Assembly: GCA_004553715.1 (NCBI GenBank)
Contig: SFKP01000004.1
Coordinates: 1 to 32,000, forward strand
Direction of reading: 5' to 3'
Origin: Clostridiales bacterium
GTDB taxonomy: Bacteria > Bacillota > Clostridia > TANB77 > CAG-508
DNA: 32,000 nt
Positions 28,923 through 32,000 of the stretch are shown piece by piece. Under the pieces are notes generated by a model. The model worked only from the letters and a program-made list of their open reading frames with translations, ran no database searches and was not told the DNA's origin. The position numbers were made by a program, and so were the translations under genes. Position 1 is the first letter of the stretch. Every line of letters starts with the position of its first letter.

Positions 28923-29834
28923 ATGATTAACTTTTTTTCTAATATGTTTGGTTATGTATTAAATTTTATATATTCGTTAGTAAATAATTATGGTTTAGCA
29001 ATAATATTATTTTCAATAATATTAAAAATTGTTTTATTACCATTATCTATAAAACAACAGAAAACAACCAAAAAAACAGAGAAAATTCAAAAAGAATCAA
29101 AGATAATTCAAGAAAAATATAAAAATAATCCAGAAAAAATGAACAAAGAAATTATGGATTTATATAAGAGGGAAAATATAAGCCCTTTTGGAGGATGTTT
29201 TACAGCAATTATTCAATTAATTCTTATTTTGGCAATGTTTACATTGGTAAGAAATCCAATAACAAATATGTTACATGTAGATAATGCAAAAATAGAAGCT
29301 GTAACACAATATATAAAAGAGGAAAGTGATGAAAACGTTATAAATCAAACATATCCTCAAATAAGTATAATAAAATATGTGGCAAATAATAAAAAGAAAA
29401 TAGAAATAAATACAGATGGAAATACTGAAAAAATCAACTTAGAAGATTTATATATAAATATGGATTTTGTAGGAATAGATTTAAGCCAAATACCACAACA
29501 AAATTATACTGATGTAAAAGTTTATATAATACCTGTTTTATATGTTATTTCTTCAGTTATATCTATAAGAATATCTACAAATATGCAAAAGAAAACAAAA
29601 GAATCTATTAAAGAAGAAGATAAGAAAGATAAAAAAGAAGAAGAAACAGATCTTATGACAGAAATGAACAAAAATATGAGTTTGACAATGCCTTTTTTAG
29701 CAGTAATGGTTTCATTGGTTGCACCTTTAGGACTTGCTTTATATTGGCTTACAAATAATATTTTAATGATAGCAGAAAGAATTATTATAGATAAGTACTT
29801 AGAAAAGAAAGGGGAGAAAACGACAAATGCCTAG
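28923..29834 (+). CDS. yidC: YidC/Oxa1-family membrane protein insertase
   Basis: 303 aa: 'GLAIILFSIILKIVLLPLSIKQ.K', 'EIMDLYKRENISPFGGC' and the C-terminal 'LALYWLTNNIL'. A Lys/Glu-rich loop is inserted before the last TM helices. Confidence 0.9.
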   Translation: MINFFSNMFGYVLNFIYSLVNNYGLAIILFSIILKIVLLPLSIKQQKTTKKTEKIQKESKIIQEKYKNNPEKMNKEIMDLYKRENISPFGGCFTAIIQLILILAMFTLVRNPITNMLHVDNAKIEAVTQYIKEESDENVINQTYPQISIIKYVANNKKKIEINTDGNTEKINLEDLYINMDFVGIDLSQIPQQNYTDVKVYIIPVLYVISSVISIRISTNMQKKTKESIKEEDKKDKKEEETDLMTEMNKNMSLTMPFLAVMVSLVAPLGLALYWLTNNILMIAERIIIDKYLEKKGEKTTNA

Positions 29835-30504
29835 AACAATAATTGTTGAAGGAAAAACAACAAATGAAGCACTAGAAAAAGGTTTAAAAGAATTAAATGT
29901 TTCAAAAAACATGGTTGAATATAAACAAATAGAAGATGCTAATAAAAGAAGTTTCTATAGCATACTTGCTCCACGAGTTGTAAAATTAGAGATAACAGTA
30001 AAAGACGAAAATATACAAGAAGTACATAAAGAAAAAAGAAAAAAAATTATGGAAGAAGACGAATTAAAAAAAGCAGAAGAAAAAATACAAAATTTTTTAA
30101 AAAGCTTTTTACCAGAAGATATAAAATTTGAAACAAAAATAGAAAATACAGAAATATTAGTTAATTTAGATGGTGAAGAAATCAGCTATTTGATTGGATA
30201 TAGAGGAGAAACAATAAATGCTCTTCAAAATATATTATCTGTAATTACTAATAATGAGCAAAATTTAAAAGCTAAAGTTTTCTTAGATGTAAGTGGATAT
30301 AAAGAAAAGAGAATAAAAACTTTAGAAAATCTTGCAGAAAAAATGGCAAAAACAGTAATAAGAACAAGAAAACCAATAACTTTAGAGCCTATGACAGCTT
30401 ATGAAAGAAAAATAATACACACAGCTTTACAAAATAATGACAAGATAAAAACATTTAGTAAAGGGGAAGAGCCACATAGAAGATTGGTAATTTCTTTAAA
30501 ATAA
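29827..30504 (+). CDS. jag: Jag/KhpB RNA-binding protein (Jag_N, KH and R3H domains)
   Basis: 225 aa. The C-terminal 'L.PM.AYERKIIHTAL......K.FS.GEEP.R.LVI' is the R3H motif. 'IGYRGETINALQ' is KH-like. It overlaps the yidC stop by 8 nt. Confidence 0.85.
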   Translation: MPRTIIVEGKTTNEALEKGLKELNVSKNMVEYKQIEDANKRSFYSILAPRVVKLEITVKDENIQEVHKEKRKKIMEEDELKKAEEKIQNFLKSFLPEDIKFETKIENTEILVNLDGEEISYLIGYRGETINALQNILSVITNNEQNLKAKVFLDVSGYKEKRIKTLENLAEKMAKTVIRTRKPITLEPMTAYERKIIHTALQNNDKIKTFSKGEEPHRRLVISLK

Positions 30505-30586
30505 TTAAAAGACAAAAAGTTTTGCTTTTTATGAGGTATAAATCCTTTAAATTGCAAAACTTTTTATTTTAGAAAGGAAATTAAAA

Positions 30587-31951
30587 ATGTCTACAATAGC
30601 AGCAATATCGACAGCTCCAACAACAGGGGGAATAGGAATAATAAGAATAAGTGGAGAAAAAAGTTTTGATATAATTAAAAAAATATTTGTACCAAAGGAT
30701 AAATCAAAAAAAATAGAAGGCTATAAAATGCAATATGGAAATATTGTATCAGAAGAGAAAATAATTGATGAAGTTTTGGTTAGTTTTTTTGTTGCTCCTA
30801 AAAGTTATACAACAGAAAATATGTGTGAAATAAATTCACATGGTGGAATTATTGTTATGAATAAAATCTTAAACTTATGTTTAGAAAATGGTGCAGAAAT
30901 TGCAGAGCCAGGAGAATTTACAAAAAGAGCTTTTATAAATGGAAGAATAGATTTATCACAGGCAGAGGCTATTGCAGATATTATAAATGCAAAATCACAA
31001 AAAGAAGCAGAGGCAAGTGTAAATCAATTAGAAGGCTTTTTATCAAAAGAAGTAAATAAAATAAAGGCAAAAGTGCTAGAATTATTGGCATTTATTGAGG
31101 CGAATATAGATTATCCAGAATATGATGTTGAAACTATTTCAAATAAAAAAGCAAAAGAAAAAATAAATGAGATAGAATGTGATTTAAAAGCTTTGGAAAA
31201 AAGTTTTGACAATGGCAAAATAATAAAAGAAGGTATTAAAACAGTGATAATAGGAAAGCCAAATGCAGGAAAATCTTCACTATTAAATGAACTAGCAAGA
31301 GAAGAAAAAGCAATAGTGACAGATATTGCAGGGACTACAAGAGATTGCATAGAAGAAGAAATTTTAATAGAAGGAATACCTTTTAAAATAATAGATACTG
31401 CGGGTATAAGGGATACAGACAATAAAATAGAGCAAATAGGAATAGAAAAAGCAAAAGCCTTATTAGAAAAAAGTGATTTAATAATTGCCATTTTTGATAA
31501 TTCAAAAGATTTAACAGAAGAAGACAAGAAAATATTAGAGACAATAAAGAATAAAAAAGCAATAATATTATTAAATAAAATAGATATAGAAGATAAGCAT
31601 CTTGAAGAAAAAGAAGAAATTAAAAAAACTAATAAAAAGGTAATAAAAGTTTCTTTATTAAATAAACAAGGAATAGATGAAATTTATAAAGAACTTGTTA
31701 GAATGTTTAATTTAGATGAAATTAAAATAGATGATTCTGCGATTATTACAAACACAAGGCATAAAGTATTGATTGAAAAAGCAAGAAATTGTGCACAATG
31801 CGCGAAGCAAGACATATCAGGGAATATGCCACTTGATATAACAGCAATAAATATAAAAAACATTGCTGAAAACTTAGGAGAAATAACAGGGGATAATGTT
31901 TCAGAAGATATAATAAAAGAGATTTTTTCAAGATTTTGTTTAGGAAAATAA
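30587..31951 (+). CDS. mnmE: tRNA modification GTPase MnmE
   Basis: 454 aa: 'TIAAISTA...GGIGIIRISG', G1 'GKPNAGKSSLLN', G3 'DTAGIR', G4 'NKID' and the C-terminal 'FCLGK' (CxGK). Confidence 0.95.
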   Translation: MSTIAAISTAPTTGGIGIIRISGEKSFDIIKKIFVPKDKSKKIEGYKMQYGNIVSEEKIIDEVLVSFFVAPKSYTTENMCEINSHGGIIVMNKILNLCLENGAEIAEPGEFTKRAFINGRIDLSQAEAIADIINAKSQKEAEASVNQLEGFLSKEVNKIKAKVLELLAFIEANIDYPEYDVETISNKKAKEKINEIECDLKALEKSFDNGKIIKEGIKTVIIGKPNAGKSSLLNELAREEKAIVTDIAGTTRDCIEEEILIEGIPFKIIDTAGIRDTDNKIEQIGIEKAKALLEKSDLIIAIFDNSKDLTEEDKKILETIKNKKAIILLNKIDIEDKHLEEKEEIKKTNKKVIKVSLLNKQGIDEIYKELVRMFNLDEIKIDDSAIITNTRHKVLIEKARNCAQCAKQDISGNMPLDITAINIKNIAENLGEITGDNVSEDIIKEIFSRFCLGK

Positions 31952-31976
31952 AGTTTACATAAAAGGAGAAATAAAA

Positions 31977-32000
31977 ATGAGATATGATGCAGAAGATTAT
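31977..32000 (+). CDS. mnmG: 5' end of mnmG (gidA), truncated by the window edge
   Basis: SD 'aaaggag' lies 8 nt upstream of the ATG. 'MRYDAEDY' matches the usual MnmG N-terminus preceding the FAD-binding GAGHAG motif. The position after mnmE is canonical. Only 8 codons are visible. Confidence 0.55.

Noticed and set aside
28829-30586. Inverted repeats in the yidD-yidC spacer (gttgaaaaaa/ttttttcaac, about 28867..28892) and in the jag-mnmE spacer (aaaaagttttgc 30514..30525 with gcaaaacttttt 30554..30565), considered as regulatory attenuators.
   Set aside because: The stems are A/T-rich. The second has a 28-nt loop. Neither has features beyond what is common in AT-rich spacers. They may be weak terminators, but I cannot support a specific regulatory call.

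Overview
This is the replication-origin region of a very AT-rich, Clostridia-like Firmicute that uses the standard genetic code. I judged the AT-richness by eye and did not compute it. The right half carries the classic core. On the minus strand it runs dnaA, dnaN, recF, gyrB, and on the plus strand rpmH-rnpA-yidD-yidC-jag-mnmE-(mnmG). A cluster of DnaA boxes lies in the dnaA-dnaN spacer. The left half holds a methyltransferase, a VanW/G5 protein, an orphan Cro/CI-like repressor pair, an SDR reductase, a tRNA-Lys/Glu/Thr operon and a DUF1858 gene. Three things are not ordinary. (1) A relaxase-less, Firmicute-type type IV secretion (T4SS) gene set is split into two oppositely oriented halves. 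One half is a VirD4-like gene, a small 2-TM protein, a VirB6-like gene and a PrgI/VirB3-like gene at 6.2-9.5 kb (+). The other is VirB4 in pieces, a TadZ-like ATPase and an unknown 241-aa protein at 17.1-21.4 kb (-). The halves bracket dnaD-like/dnaC-like/ileS/gyrA, and the second half breaks the normally tight gyrB-gyrA pair. (2) Three genes (the SDR, the VirB6-like gene and VirB4) are each interrupted by a +1 frame break. In all three the break falls exactly on an in-frame CGG codon, and I found no in-frame CGG in any intact CDS of the window. (3) A clean 187-codon ORF encoding the VirB4 N-terminal domain is absent from the ORF track because it has no ATG/GTG/TTG. It has a near-consensus SD and a well-spaced ATT. 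I saw no CRISPR array, rRNA, transposase, integrase or relaxase.
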